Under the pieces are notes generated by a model, which saw only the letters and a list, made by a program, of their open reading frames with translations, had not been told where the DNA came from and searched no databases. The position numbers and the translations under genes were made by a program. A stretch of DNA of 64,000 nucleotides, taken from contig JACQXR010000039.1 in NCBI GenBank assembly GCA_016208585.1, positions 7,163 through 71,162 on the forward strand. The letters are read 5' to 3'. This DNA is from a candidate division TA06 bacterium. GTDB taxonomy: Bacteria > Edwardsbacteria > AC1 > EtOH8. Position 1 is the stretch's first letter, and each line of letters begins with the position of its first letter. Of this stretch, positions 29,884 to 41,068 are shown one piece after another.

Positions 29884-30009
29884 GCGCTCCCTAAAAAATC
29901 TGCCGGGGAGCTGTTTATGCCGCTACGTTTTAGCATTTTGTTTTAGACCGGCCTACCACTTTTAGAAGTAACCTGACGAATATAAAAGTACGTCACCCGG
30001 AGATGACCG

Positions 30010-31221
30010 TTGAAAATCAAAGATAAAAAACGTTTGGCATTCCTGGCTACCCATCCCATACAATATCAAGCTCCTTTGTTGCGAAGAATCGCTAAGGAGG
30101 AGGATATAGATTTAACGGTGTATTTTTGCAGCGATCTATCAGTAAGAGGCTATAAGGATCCGGGGTTTGGTAAAAAAATTGCCTGGGATACTGATCTACT
30201 TAGCGGATATTCCTATGAATTCCTGCCCATCGTAGACGGTAATAACAGCGTGACGACGTTGAGACCCTTCAACTATGGTTTACTGAAACGTTTAAAGAAA
30301 AAGAACATTGATGCTATTTTTATCAATGGCTATGCCCGCTGGTATAACCTTTGGGTCATCATCCAATCAAAGTCCGCAGGGATAAAGGTATTGATAAGGG
30401 ACGAAGCTACGCCCATCAGCGCCAGAAGAAATGCGATTAAAAAAATGCTGAAGCGCATTTTTTTTCAACTGCTGAACAAGCTATGCGATGGGTTTATGGC
30501 CATAGGCACGCTAAATCGGCAGTACTACCTTCAAAATGGCATACCTGCCGAGAAAATATTTATGATGCCCTACGCAGTGGACAACGATTACTTCCGGCAT
30601 TTGTCCGAAGAAGCCAAGGCGAAACGGCAGGAGTTTGCCCGTGAGTTGGGCGTCGATTCCCGGAGACCGGTGATACTTTATGCCAGCAAATTGACTCAAC
30701 GAAAGAGGGCCCAGGATTTGCTGGACGCCTATATCCTGCTTTCGCCCGATGGCCAGGCCGAGCCGGATCCATATCTTCTGGTTATTGGCGAGGGAGAGGC
30801 CAGGGCCTTTGTCGAGGAGAAGGCCCGGGCTAGGGGGTGGAATTCCATAAAGTTCTTGGGCTTTAAGAATCAGAGCGAACTTCCGGCCTATTTTGAGCTA
30901 TGCGATGTGTTTGTGCTGCCATCGGTTTATGAACCCTGGGGACTGGTGGTCAATGAGGCCATGAGCGCCGGCAGGGCGGTCATCGTATCGGACCAGGCGG
31001 GGTGCGGCCCGGACCTGGTGCAGGACGGCCGGAACGGATTTATTTTTAAGGCAGGCGATATATGGCAATTATCCGAGGCTTTAAAAAAAATTACGGGGGA
31101 TAGGGAGCTTGCCCGTTCTCTGGGCATGAAAAGCCGTGAAATAATAGGATCTTGGGGTATTGAACAGGACATTGTCGGGCTACGTAAGGCCATGGGATTA
31201 AAGCCGGGCGTTCCCGGGTAA
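30010..31221 (+). CDS. Glycosyltransferase family 4.
   Basis: VLPSVYEPWGLVVNEAMSAGRAVIVSDQAGCGPDLVQDGRNGF is an EX7E motif. Confidence 0.8.
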   Translation: MKIKDKKRLAFLATHPIQYQAPLLRRIAKEEDIDLTVYFCSDLSVRGYKDPGFGKKIAWDTDLLSGYSYEFLPIVDGNNSVTTLRPFNYGLLKRLKKKNIDAIFINGYARWYNLWVIIQSKSAGIKVLIRDEATPISARRNAIKKMLKRIFFQLLNKLCDGFMAIGTLNRQYYLQNGIPAEKIFMMPYAVDNDYFRHLSEEAKAKRQEFARELGVDSRRPVILYASKLTQRKRAQDLLDAYILLSPDGQAEPDPYLLVIGEGEARAFVEEKARARGWNSIKFLGFKNQSELPAYFELCDVFVLPSVYEPWGLVVNEAMSAGRAVIVSDQAGCGPDLVQDGRNGFIFKAGDIWQLSEALKKITGDRELARSLGMKSREIIGSWGIEQDIVGLRKAMGLKPGVPG

Positions 31222-31224
31222 TTT

Positions 31225-32730
31225 ATGACCAGCGGCATTTTGGGCAGAATAACCAAGACAGCAGCGGCCCTGGCGGCGAATCAGTTTTTACAGCTGCTGA
31301 TGCAACTGTTGCTGCCGCCGCTTTTTCTGGCAAGCTATGGCGTGAAAGGCTATAGCGAATGGCTGGTGCTATCGGCTGCCATCGGTTTTTTCAGCGTGCT
31401 GGACCTGGGCCTGCAGACCTATGTGGCCAACAAGCTGACAGTATTTTACCACAACAACGATCTTGACAATTTCCACCGCTTTCAGACTACCGGACTGTTA
31501 ATATCCCTGATAGCGATATCATCTGCGGCGGCCTTGGCCCTGGCAGTCTTTCTGCTTCCGGTCGGCCGGTGGCTGTCCCTTTCCGTGCCGTCGGCCAGGG
31601 TTACGGCAATAATATACCTTTTGGCGCTTCAGATCCTGGTTCTGATTTTATGGGGTCAATTAGCATCGCCCTATCGCGCCATCGGGCGGGCCTACCGGGG
31701 CGTGATGTGGCTCAATCTGCAGAAGCTGGCAATGCTGGCGGTTACGGTTGCAGCAGTTGCTTTAAAGCAATCTTTTATGATATTGGCTTTATTGCAGCTT
31801 GGGGTGGCATTGCTAAGCCTGGCGTCTGTTTGGCTGGACCTGAAATTGAAATTTAATGATGTTTCGGTAAAGCCGATACGCATGGAATGGTCATTAGCCA
31901 AGGAGATCATAAGGCCTAGCCTCTATTTTTCCTTGTTCGTCTTCAACAACTTTTTAATATACCAGCTTCCGGTCTTAATACTGAACCGTTTTGAAACGCC
32001 GCTGGCGATCATCGTGTTTTCGGTAGGCCGCACCCTTTTCTCCTTTGTCAGGCAGGGCCTTTCGGTGATCCAGGCATCGATTGGCCCTGAAATAACCCGC
32101 TTGGAAGGAATAAAAGACTGGGCAAATCTAAAAAGGCTGTATCAAAGCGCCGAATCGCTGACCATCTCGGCCGCGGTCGTTGTTAACACAGTCATATTTA
32201 CGGCCAGCCCGGTGTTGTTGCAGGTATGGATGAAGCGAACGGATATTTTCGTTTTTAAGCCAATGTTATTTTTAATGCTCATAGCGGCCGTCATATGCCT
32301 GAAGGATTTTAAATTTTATTATCAAAGCATGACCAATCGACATGAAAAGATGGCCATAATAATGTTTGTTACGTACATTGCAATGACGGTATTGTCGTTT
32401 TGGTCAATAAAATATAAAGGCTTGAACGGTTTTCTTATGACATGGTTGGCGGTTGAAACAATTCAATTGTTGGTTATTAATAAATATAATAATGATTTGT
32501 TTATAGACTTTTTTAAAATGTCATTGAAGCCAATTGTATCTACGTTGTCAACATTGTTTGCCTTGACAGTAATATTTGTATTGTTTAAAGACCGATTAAC
32601 CAACCAGACCCCGTATATGATAATTGCGCAATCATTAATTATCGGCGCCGTTATTTTTATAGCGGCCTACCGATATATTGGTTTGCGAGAGTGTTTTAAA
32701 TTATTGTACAAGCAATTGAAGCATAGTTAG
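31225..32730 (+). CDS. Second oligosaccharide flippase / polysaccharide biosynthesis membrane protein (MOP-like).
   Basis: Polytopic (~12-14 TM), 501 aa, with a Wzx-like N-terminus (LLPPLFLASYGVKGYSEWLVL). Confidence 0.55.
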   Translation: MTSGILGRITKTAAALAANQFLQLLMQLLLPPLFLASYGVKGYSEWLVLSAAIGFFSVLDLGLQTYVANKLTVFYHNNDLDNFHRFQTTGLLISLIAISSAAALALAVFLLPVGRWLSLSVPSARVTAIIYLLALQILVLILWGQLASPYRAIGRAYRGVMWLNLQKLAMLAVTVAAVALKQSFMILALLQLGVALLSLASVWLDLKLKFNDVSVKPIRMEWSLAKEIIRPSLYFSLFVFNNFLIYQLPVLILNRFETPLAIIVFSVGRTLFSFVRQGLSVIQASIGPEITRLEGIKDWANLKRLYQSAESLTISAAVVVNTVIFTASPVLLQVWMKRTDIFVFKPMLFLMLIAAVICLKDFKFYYQSMTNRHEKMAIIMFVTYIAMTVLSFWSIKYKGLNGFLMTWLAVETIQLLVINKYNNDLFIDFFKMSLKPIVSTLSTLFALTVIFVLFKDRLTNQTPYMIIAQSLIIGAVIFIAAYRYIGLRECFKLLYKQLKHS

Positions 32731-32763
32731 GCCTTTCAATGCGAAAATCATAGTGGGGGTATA

Positions 32764-33696
32764 TTGTCAGTGCGTTGCCTGATTCTGGGAGGCGCCGGTT
32801 TTATCGGCGCTAACGTCGCTAGATCCCTTGTGGAACAGGGTGATGCGGTTAGAATATTCGACCGGCCCAATGTTGATTTGAGCAATATTGCCGATGTTTC
32901 GGAGCACATTGAATTCATTGGGGGTGATTTTACTAACCCAAAGGATCTTAATGAAGCGCTGTCTGGAATTGATGTGGTCCTTCACCTTATTGGAACAACC
33001 TTGCCGGCTACCTCGGTTGCCAATCCGGTATATGATATAGAAACCAATGTTGTTGGCACTATTAAACTGCTCGAGTTGTGCTGCCAGAAAAAAACACAAA
33101 AAATTATTTTCCCTTCCTCCGGAGGTACAATTTACGGGCGCCCCCAGACGCTGCCGATACCTGAAACTCATCCCACCAACCCCGTCTGCTCATATGGCAT
33201 ATCAAAACTTGCCATAGAAAAATATCTTAGATTGTTCAACGAACTTTACGGATTGAAATATACGATTCTGCGGATAGCCAATCCATACGGGCGGTACCAA
33301 AACCAGTTTGGGCAGTTAGGGGCGGTTAATGTGTTTTTGTGGAAGACAATTACCGGCCAGCCTATCGTGATCTGGGGCGACGGCACTATCGCCAGGGATT
33401 ATTTTCATATCGATGACCTAGTGGGTGCGTTTCTTTTGGCGATAAAAAAGCCGACGAATTCGCATATTTTTAATATAGGCAGCGGCAAGGCGCATACTTT
33501 GAATGAAGTAATCTCATCAATAAGCGAGATAACGGGAATCAAGCCGGTGATTGAATATACAGCTGGACGTAAGTTCGACATTCCATCAAATTATCTTGAT
33601 ATAAGTAGAGCAGAGATAGAATTGGGATGGCGTCCCAGTGTGGATCTAGATAAAGGCCTTGTCCTTACCTGGGAATGGATGAAGACGCTTAAATGA
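32764..33696 (+). CDS. NAD-dependent epimerase/dehydratase (GalE-like extended SDR).
   Basis: ILGGAGFIGANVARSL is a Rossmann motif. The YxxxK motif (YGISKLAIEKY) is present. Confidence 0.85.
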   Translation: MSVRCLILGGAGFIGANVARSLVEQGDAVRIFDRPNVDLSNIADVSEHIEFIGGDFTNPKDLNEALSGIDVVLHLIGTTLPATSVANPVYDIETNVVGTIKLLELCCQKKTQKIIFPSSGGTIYGRPQTLPIPETHPTNPVCSYGISKLAIEKYLRLFNELYGLKYTILRIANPYGRYQNQFGQLGAVNVFLWKTITGQPIVIWGDGTIARDYFHIDDLVGAFLLAIKKPTNSHIFNIGSGKAHTLNEVISSISEITGIKPVIEYTAGRKFDIPSNYLDISRAEIELGWRPSVDLDKGLVLTWEWMKTLK

Positions 33697-33900
33697 TAGC
33701 TGCTAACTTTGCAATAAAAGCGTAGACGCCCGGGTCAAGTTTTAAATGACTAAAAGTGCTTTCTTGAAAGATAATCGGTTGTTTATCATCGTTATTAGGT
33801 TTTTTCCAACGTCATTGCGAGTTTGGCTTCTTGCCTGATCCGCCTGAGGCGGAAAGCAATCCAGGAAAAATTCAAATCAGCAGTTTAAATAGGGTAACAC

Positions 33901-35061
33901 ATGAAAATAGTACAAACAGTTTTCGGCAAGTTTCATCATTTTCATTTAGCCAGGCAATTGCATAAAAGGGGAATGCTGGAAGCCATATTCTCAAGTTATC
34001 CTTCGTGGAAATTGCGGAACGAGGGATTGCCCATGGAGAAGATAAAAACCTTCCCATGGATCCACACGGCAATGATGGCAAAATGGCGTTTTGGAATGCA
34101 TAATGATCGTTTGGACAAGGAACTGGCCTGGGCACTGGCCAATACATTGGACAGGCATGTTGCAAATAAACTGCCGCACTGCGACGTATTTATTGGAATA
34201 TCGGGATCCGGCCTGCGGACGGGCGGCATATCGCAGAAGCGGGGGGCAAAATATATCTGCGATCGGGGTTCCACCCATATACAATATGCCAAACAAATAC
34301 TGGATGAGGAATATAACCATTGGGGATTAAAATTCCCCGGGATTGACCCCCGGGCCATAGAAAGGGAGAGGGCGGAATACTATCGGTCCGATATTATTAC
34401 GGTGCCATCTGAATTTGTCCGGAAAAGCTTTATTGAAAAGGGTGTAAATCCCAATAAAATACGAAAGATACCTTATGGAGCGGACCTGAATATGTTTGCG
34501 CCCGTTGATAAACCACCGGATGATGTTTTTGAGGTTTTATTTGTTGGGCAGGTTTCATTGCGAAAAGGCATTCCATATTTATTGAAGGGCTTTTCAAAAT
34601 TTAAACATTCAAAAAAAAGACTGAGGATTGTGGGATCCGCTTTTCCGGGGATGGATGTTATTTTTAAAAGACATGATATGGGACAGGTTGAATTAATGGC
34701 TCCGATACCATATAACAAACTGAAATATATTATGAGCAAAAGCCATGTTATGGTCTTGCCAAGCATTGAAGAGGGATTGGCTTTGGTCCAAGGTCACGCA
34801 ATGGCCTGCGGCTGTCCTTTGATAAGCTCCATTAATACCGGCGCAGAGGACCTTTTCACAAATGGAAGGGAAGGGTTTATAATACCGATCCGTGATTCCG
34901 ATGCTATAACGGAAAAACTGGAAATAATGGCCCAGAATCGTCAAAAAAGAGAAGAAATGAGCGTTGCTGCTTTAGAACGAGTAAATTCTATTAAAGGGTG
35001 GGATACTTATGGCGATCAATTTGCCCGGTTGTGCCAGGAAATAACTTTGGTTAATTTGTGA
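33901..35061 (+). CDS. Glycosyltransferase family 4.
   Basis: VLPSIEEGLALVQGHAMACGCPLISS is an EX7E motif. Confidence 0.75.
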   Translation: MKIVQTVFGKFHHFHLARQLHKRGMLEAIFSSYPSWKLRNEGLPMEKIKTFPWIHTAMMAKWRFGMHNDRLDKELAWALANTLDRHVANKLPHCDVFIGISGSGLRTGGISQKRGAKYICDRGSTHIQYAKQILDEEYNHWGLKFPGIDPRAIERERAEYYRSDIITVPSEFVRKSFIEKGVNPNKIRKIPYGADLNMFAPVDKPPDDVFEVLFVGQVSLRKGIPYLLKGFSKFKHSKKRLRIVGSAFPGMDVIFKRHDMGQVELMAPIPYNKLKYIMSKSHVMVLPSIEEGLALVQGHAMACGCPLISSINTGAEDLFTNGREGFIIPIRDSDAITEKLEIMAQNRQKREEMSVAALERVNSIKGWDTYGDQFARLCQEITLVNL

Positions 35062-35064
35062 ACA

Positions 35065-36177
35065 ATGAAGGACCGGTCGGCTATAATATTTGTTCCCTAT
35101 ATTGAAGCCTTTGGCGGTTGCGAAAGATTGCTATTAGACCTGTCGAGGTATCTTAACAGTCAAGGCATAAAACATAAAGTGATATGCTACCGCCATGAAA
35201 TAGATTTATCAAATTATTCCGAATGGCCCATTAAGGTTGCGGATTTGACCCAAAGCAACAACCCCTTACGCCGAGCGGGTTATTTGAAAAAATATCTTTC
35301 AGAACAATCTTTCGATCAATTGGGTGAAACACTACTGGTCGGTTTGCAGGCGGCGCGTCATGCCGGTTATTTGGGCTTAAATAATTACTCGGTGCTTATC
35401 ATTGACCCACCCAGTCTTTTACAGCCGGTCGAAAGCAGATGGAAAAATATCTTAGACCGATTTAGAAATATAATTACAATAAATTATGTCAGAAGGGGCA
35501 TGGCCCGGGCTTCATGGACTGCTGTTATGACACAATATATTTCTTCTGAAATTATAAACCTATGCGGAGTTCATCCTCTTCTAATCAGGCCGGGCGTTTC
35601 ATTGGGAGCGGAGCATTTTAAAATCAGGTTCCATTCGACTTCGGAACCGTTCCATATTCTTTCAGTCTCCCGCCTTGAGAAAAGCAAGAGGATAGACTGG
35701 ATATTTAAAGCGCTGGAATGCCTGGATAAAAACAACGGGAATTTTCCAAATGGTTTTTCTTGGGTATTTGACGTGGCGGGATCTGGCAGCGATGAGACAA
35801 GACTGAAAAGGATGGCCCGGGAAAAGGGTTTGTCAGACAAAGTAGTTTTTCACGGGCATGTTTCTCCGGATGGTTTAAAAAAACTATTTTCCATGGCCCA
35901 TCTTTTCGTCATGCCGGCCCGTCAGGGATACGGCTTGCCGGCCCTGGAGTCCCTGATACAGGGGATTCCGGTATTACTGCATCGGGAATCCGGCGTAGGC
36001 GAAATTCTTGGGGAAACCCAATGGGCCGAGGTGGTGGATGATGACAGTCTGGTTGAGGGTCTTGAGCGTATGGTTGACAGAGTCCGTTCCGGATTTATGA
36101 AAACAACGCCCTTGCCTTACATTCCCAGTTCACAGGACTGGGCTAAGCAGATTTGCCGGCAATGCCGCTGGCAATAA
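35065..36177 (+). CDS. Glycosyltransferase family 4.
   Basis: FVMPARQGYGLPALESLIQGIPVLL is the C-terminal GT-B motif. Confidence 0.7.
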   Translation: MKDRSAIIFVPYIEAFGGCERLLLDLSRYLNSQGIKHKVICYRHEIDLSNYSEWPIKVADLTQSNNPLRRAGYLKKYLSEQSFDQLGETLLVGLQAARHAGYLGLNNYSVLIIDPPSLLQPVESRWKNILDRFRNIITINYVRRGMARASWTAVMTQYISSEIINLCGVHPLLIRPGVSLGAEHFKIRFHSTSEPFHILSVSRLEKSKRIDWIFKALECLDKNNGNFPNGFSWVFDVAGSGSDETRLKRMAREKGLSDKVVFHGHVSPDGLKKLFSMAHLFVMPARQGYGLPALESLIQGIPVLLHRESGVGEILGETQWAEVVDDDSLVEGLERMVDRVRSGFMKTTPLPYIPSSQDWAKQICRQCRWQ

Positions 36178-36196
36178 AAACCGCGGAGTTGTATAT

Positions 36197-37045
36197 ATGA
36201 ACAAATTAATGCGCTATCTGTTTTCGTTACGGGATATTCAACGGATAAATTTATCTTTGGCCAGAGCTTCAGCCACGGCTCCATTGCGCCAAATAGATCC
36301 CACAAATCCGGCCACATGGGAGTTTTCCGGCTTCAGCCAGCATGGGGAGGACGGGATTATAGATTATTTGACCGGCAGGTTGAAACGTCCGGAAGGCTAT
36401 TTTGTGGAGATCGGGACCGGCAACGGACTGGAAAACAATTCTTCCTGGCTGGCTGTTGCCAAATATTACAGCGGGCTGATGATTGACGGCAATCAAGATA
36501 ATGTTGATTGGTGCAGGTATTTATTACAACCGATGAATTACGGATTGGATTTCAACCAAGCGTTTGTCTCTAGGGAAAGTATCCCTCGAATAATAGGCAT
36601 GATGGTTATAAAAATGCCCGACCTGTTTTCGTTGGACATAGACGGCAATGATTATTACATTTGTTCCGAATTGATGCGCCAAGGGATAAGACCAAAGATA
36701 TGGGCCGTGGAATACAATTCAGCATATGGCCCAGAAAAGGCCATTACCATTAAGTACCAGCCCGATTTCCGCCGCGCCAACGATGGCAACGGGAAACTTT
36801 ACTACGGGTGTTCGATAGCCGGTTGGGTCAAGTTAATGGGCGGTTATGGTTATAGCTTCATCGGGGTTGACAGCTGCGGGGTGAATGCCTTTTTTGTAAA
36901 TCCGGACGAATTTGAACAGGGCTTTATAAAACAAATAAAGGCGACTAATTTTAAGGAAAATGTTTCTCAAATGCGGGAATTCAGAAAGACTTGGGAAGGG
37001 CAATTTGCGTTGATTCAAAACATGGAGTTTGAGAATGTTTTATGA
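36197..37045 (+). CDS. FkbM-family methyltransferase-like protein.
   Basis: SQHGEDGII and YFVEIGTGNGLENNSSWL are present. LDIDGNDY compares with the FkbM KiDvEG motif. Confidence 0.5.
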   Translation: MNKLMRYLFSLRDIQRINLSLARASATAPLRQIDPTNPATWEFSGFSQHGEDGIIDYLTGRLKRPEGYFVEIGTGNGLENNSSWLAVAKYYSGLMIDGNQDNVDWCRYLLQPMNYGLDFNQAFVSRESIPRIIGMMVIKMPDLFSLDIDGNDYYICSELMRQGIRPKIWAVEYNSAYGPEKAITIKYQPDFRRANDGNGKLYYGCSIAGWVKLMGGYGYSFIGVDSCGVNAFFVNPDEFEQGFIKQIKATNFKENVSQMREFRKTWEGQFALIQNMEFENVL

Positions 37046-38094
37046 AAATTTTCTTTGCCAGTTACTTGGGCGCTAATTGGATGTCCGGCTGGCAACGGGC
37101 CTGCGCTTTGGAAAACCTGGGACATCAAGTAACCAGATTTTGCTATGATCGCTATGACAGAAAGACCGGATGGGGGGGGAAAATAATCGCCAAATTGTTG
37201 CCCCGACCATTTGATTCTCAAATATTGTCCCTTTTTAACAAAGAGTTTTACCAATCGTTATCCCAATATAAGCCGGATGTGGCTTGGATCGAAAAGCCCC
37301 TTTTGTTGCTTCCCGATACGCTTAGTAGCTGCCGGGCATTATTGCCCAACTGTGTTTTTGTGTGCTTTCAAGATGACGACCCGTTTGGTTTTCGTAACAA
37401 GGAAGAACATCAATGGCGCTATTTTAAACAGATCCTGCCCCTGTTTGACTTTCACCTGCTTAAAAAGAACGTTGATCTGGAGGAATTTCCCAGGCACGGG
37501 GCGAAGAGGGTTATAAAATTCCGGGGCGGGTATTTCGGCCAGATATTCAGACCCTATGACCTTAATTCGCTTGACGCACAATATAAATGGCCGGTTTCCT
37601 TTGTCGGCACGGCCCTGGATAAAAGGATAGATACAGTAAAGGAAATAGTGGAACGTTATAACATAGACCTCCATGTATGCGGGAATTCATGGAACCGGCA
37701 TTTGGTCTATTACCTTCACCGAGAGCGGTTTCATCCCGCAGTTCACGGCGAGGGTTACGCCAAAACTATTGCCGGCAGCAAGATATCCCTGGGGTTTGTG
37801 TCTTTTTCCAACCGGGATGAGTTCAGCATGAGGAGTTTTGAGATACCGGCCTGCCGGGGTTTCTTTCTGGGGCAGAGGACAGGGGTCCATCGGGAATTAT
37901 ACCGGGAGGGCGTGGAGGCGGAATTTTTTGACGGTGCCGAGGAATGCGCCGACAAAATACGCTTTTATCTGTCCCATGATTCGGCCAGGGAAAAGGTCGC
38001 TTCGGCCGGATACAAAAGATGCATAGAGTCAGATTACAGCCTGGAGGGCAGCCTAAGACAGGCCCTGAAGCAGATAATCGGAAGCAGCCGATGA
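37042..38094 (+). CDS. CgeB-like glycosyltransferase (paralog of 14730-15713).
   Basis: MKIFFASY...LGHQVTRF at the N-terminus and CRGFFLGQ at the C-terminus. Confidence 0.5.
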   Translation: MKIFFASYLGANWMSGWQRACALENLGHQVTRFCYDRYDRKTGWGGKIIAKLLPRPFDSQILSLFNKEFYQSLSQYKPDVAWIEKPLLLLPDTLSSCRALLPNCVFVCFQDDDPFGFRNKEEHQWRYFKQILPLFDFHLLKKNVDLEEFPRHGAKRVIKFRGGYFGQIFRPYDLNSLDAQYKWPVSFVGTALDKRIDTVKEIVERYNIDLHVCGNSWNRHLVYYLHRERFHPAVHGEGYAKTIAGSKISLGFVSFSNRDEFSMRSFEIPACRGFFLGQRTGVHRELYREGVEAEFFDGAEECADKIRFYLSHDSAREKVASAGYKRCIESDYSLEGSLRQALKQIIGSSR

Positions 38095-38106
38095 CGGAGC
38101 GCCGGT

Positions 38107-39642
38107 ATGGAATTTAGGCTGGATTCATTCAGGCGGATCAAAATGGCCCAGGCCTGGATCTTCGCAGTGGCGCTATTCCTGATGCAGCTGTTGACCGGGA
38201 CCAATCTGGATTTTGCCCTGCTGGTCCTGGCGTTTGTCATATTCACCGCGGCGGCAGTCAACCGCGCCGGCGGCCCATTGACGGTTGGCGGTTTCGGAAT
38301 AGCCATGTTGGGGCTAAAGATAGTGATAATCTCCCAGTGGGCCAAAATATTTTTCGGACAACCGGGAGACAGCTATCTGGATGTTCCTGTCCTGACCATC
38401 GGCGTTCTGACGGCCGGCATGATAAGCATCTGGCTGGCCGGGCTGACGGCGGGGCTGTTTATCGGCCAAAGAAAGGCATTAAAGCCGGAAACAAGCCCCG
38501 AGATTCTGCTGGGCCTTTCAGTTACTGTATATGTTATTGGTCTGGGGTCTTACCTTTATGTCATGTTCCACGGATATGACCAGGCGGCAGGGGAGATCAG
38601 CGTGGGAGGGATCACCGGTCTTCTCCGTCAGATTGGCTTTATCTATCCGGTTTCCACCATCAGCGCTGTGGCCTATACCATAATTGCCTCCGGCCATAAA
38701 AGGAGCATTAGCCCTTGGGCCACAATACCATTGGCAACCCAGTTCTTCTTTGGCGTTTTGGGCACCAGCAAGCAGATGATGTTCGAGCCATTCCTGCTTT
38801 ATTTGCTTACCTGCCTGGCCTTCAATTACAAGTTCAGGCCAAGGCATATAATATCCCTCTCTTTGATATTCTTGGCAATGGTTACGGTGCTTTTTCCTTT
38901 TGCTCAGATCGGCCGGGCAATGACCCGGGACAATGATCCCCAGCAGAATCTTGCTCTTACCAATATTTTTATCAGAGATATTTTCCTGAACAAGGAGAAC
39001 CTGGAAGAGGTGGAATGGTGCATCGAGGAGGTTGCGTACAAAAAACAACGGTTTTTGTATTACGGCCGGGACATGGGGCTTCTTGACAGGATGTCCCTGA
39101 TTGAGCAGAACGATGAACTTATCCGGGCTGTCGGAGAGCAAGGTTTCTCCGGATGGCATACCGTAATCCATGGTTTCAAGATGCTTCCACCCAGATTATT
39201 GTATCCCGAAAAACCGATATATAATACCGCCAATTATTTCGGGCATAAAATAGAAACATTGGCTGACGAGGATTTTACAACCCAGATAGCTATGGGAATA
39301 ATTGCCGAGGCCTATGACGCTTTCGGCTGGCTGGGGGTGATTATAATACCGTACCTGATAATGGCGGCGTTCATCCTGCTTTTCAACACCCTTAGCGGCA
39401 CGATGGAGCGTAATATCTGGACGATTTTCCTGATGGGTATTTTTCACCATAATCTGGTGGAAGCCACCGTTTCTTCCATTACGTTGTATATCTTTCAGTT
39501 TCCCTTGTTGCTCTTGGCGATGTATTTCCTGCTGATGAAAACTGTTTACGTCATGCTGCCGCTTTGGGAGCGCTTGCAGTCGTTCGGGCCTTTTGCTGTC
39601 CGTCCGTCAGGACGGCGATGGTATCTTGCCAGTTTCGCTTGA
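38107..39642 (+). CDS. Polytopic membrane protein, candidate Wzy-type oligosaccharide repeat-unit polymerase.
   Basis: At least 10 TM segments with a large loop. Position in the locus supports the assignment. No diagnostic motif can be verified by eye. Confidence 0.4.
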   Translation: MEFRLDSFRRIKMAQAWIFAVALFLMQLLTGTNLDFALLVLAFVIFTAAAVNRAGGPLTVGGFGIAMLGLKIVIISQWAKIFFGQPGDSYLDVPVLTIGVLTAGMISIWLAGLTAGLFIGQRKALKPETSPEILLGLSVTVYVIGLGSYLYVMFHGYDQAAGEISVGGITGLLRQIGFIYPVSTISAVAYTIIASGHKRSISPWATIPLATQFFFGVLGTSKQMMFEPFLLYLLTCLAFNYKFRPRHIISLSLIFLAMVTVLFPFAQIGRAMTRDNDPQQNLALTNIFIRDIFLNKENLEEVEWCIEEVAYKKQRFLYYGRDMGLLDRMSLIEQNDELIRAVGEQGFSGWHTVIHGFKMLPPRLLYPEKPIYNTANYFGHKIETLADEDFTTQIAMGIIAEAYDAFGWLGVIIIPYLIMAAFILLFNTLSGTMERNIWTIFLMGIFHHNLVEATVSSITLYIFQFPLLLLAMYFLLMKTVYVMLPLWERLQSFGPFAVRPSGRRWYLASFA

Positions 39643-40654
39643 GATCCCCGTGATTGATAACGGCGTTGAGATCAGATATTTTTCCATTCAGCATCCGAAA
39701 TTCTGGGGCACTTCTTTGCCCCTGGGCCTGGCTTTAAGGCGCGATCTGCCAGCATACGATATAATCCATATTCATTCGTTATACTTATTTCACGATCTAA
39801 CAGCAGGCCAACTGTGCCGCAAATACCGGGTGCCGTATATAATCCGGCCCCATGGCACCTTGGACCCCTACATTTACAAGCGGCATCGCCTGAGAAAAAG
39901 GATTATGGAGATATTGTTTGAAAACCGGAACATCAAGGGCGCCGCTGCTCTACACTATACCACCGAAGAGGAGATGCTTCTGGCCAAGCCGTATGTTTTT
40001 AACTCTCCGGGGGTGGTTGTTCCCAACGGATTGAATTTGGGGGAATATGAGAAATTGCCTCCGCCCGGCGCTTTCAGACAATTGTTCCCCCAAGTTGGCG
40101 ATAAACGCTTGATCCTTTTTCTGGGAAGGATAAATTTCAAAAAGGGATTGGATATACTAGTGCCGGCCTTTGCCGGGGCATTAAAATCGTTTCCCAATCT
40201 TCATTTGGTTGTTGCTGGTCCGGATAACGACGGCTATGGACAGAAGGTTCGTGTTTGGCTTAAGGAACAGAATATACTTGACAGGGCAACCTTCACCGGG
40301 ATGCTGGAGGGCCGGGATAAATTGGCCGCTTTTCGGGATGCCGAGATGTTTGTCCTGCCGTCCTATACCGAAAATTTCGGGATATCGGTTTTAGAAGCCA
40401 TGGCCTGCGGTGTCCCGGTAGTGGTATCGGATAAGGTTAATATATGGCGCGAAATAAAGGGGGCCGGGGCGGGGCTGGTGGTGCCTACCGAGCCGGAATC
40501 TCTTGCCGAGGCAATAACTGTCCTATTAAACGACCAGGCTTCGACCAGGCAGATGGGACAAGCCGGACAAAAATTGGTCAGGGAAAATTATCAATGGACG
40601 ATGATTGCCCAAAAATTAGAACAGGCTTATGTCTCTTTATCCGGTAAAGTATAA
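39593..40654 (+). CDS. Glycosyltransferase family 4.
   Basis: FVLPSYTENFGISVLEAMACGVPVVVSD is an EX7E motif. The start is uncertain because the ORF overlaps the previous one by 50 nt. Confidence 0.75.
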   Translation: MLSVRQDGDGILPVSLEIPVIDNGVEIRYFSIQHPKFWGTSLPLGLALRRDLPAYDIIHIHSLYLFHDLTAGQLCRKYRVPYIIRPHGTLDPYIYKRHRLRKRIMEILFENRNIKGAAALHYTTEEEMLLAKPYVFNSPGVVVPNGLNLGEYEKLPPPGAFRQLFPQVGDKRLILFLGRINFKKGLDILVPAFAGALKSFPNLHLVVAGPDNDGYGQKVRVWLKEQNILDRATFTGMLEGRDKLAAFRDAEMFVLPSYTENFGISVLEAMACGVPVVVSDKVNIWREIKGAGAGLVVPTEPESLAEAITVLLNDQASTRQMGQAGQKLVRENYQWTMIAQKLEQAYVSLSGKV

Positions 40655-40663
40655 AAAATTATT

Positions 40664-41068
40664 ATGGCGTTGAATAATCCCCAAAAATGGCTGTTTGAAC
40701 CGAAAATCTGGCGGGTGATAACCGGAGTTTATGTTTTAATTATCACTTTTGCCAGTCTTAATCCCTGGTTCCGTCCGCGATCGGAAAATAATTTTTGGTC
40801 GCCTGATAAATGGCTGCATTTTGCCGCTTATTCGGGGCTTTCTATTCTGCTGGGTTTGTCCTATGCCCGATTGAAAAAAAACGACTGGTTGGCAATAATG
40901 GCTACAGCCGGGACCTTGGGATTTGGACTGGAATTGGTTCAAGGGATAGCCCTTCCCTTTCGTACATTTTCCTGGCATGACGCAGCGTCAAACATAGCCG
41001 GGGCGGCGCTGGGTGCGATAGTGGTTAAAGTTATAATCCGTCCAGCAGATTTTCCAAGTGTGAAATGA
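40664..41068 (+). CDS. VanZ-like family membrane protein.
   Basis: Four TM segments. WLHFAAYSGLSILL and HDAASNIAGAALG are present. Confidence 0.65.
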   Translation: MALNNPQKWLFEPKIWRVITGVYVLIITFASLNPWFRPRSENNFWSPDKWLHFAAYSGLSILLGLSYARLKKNDWLAIMATAGTLGFGLELVQGIALPFRTFSWHDAASNIAGAALGAIVVKVIIRPADFPSVK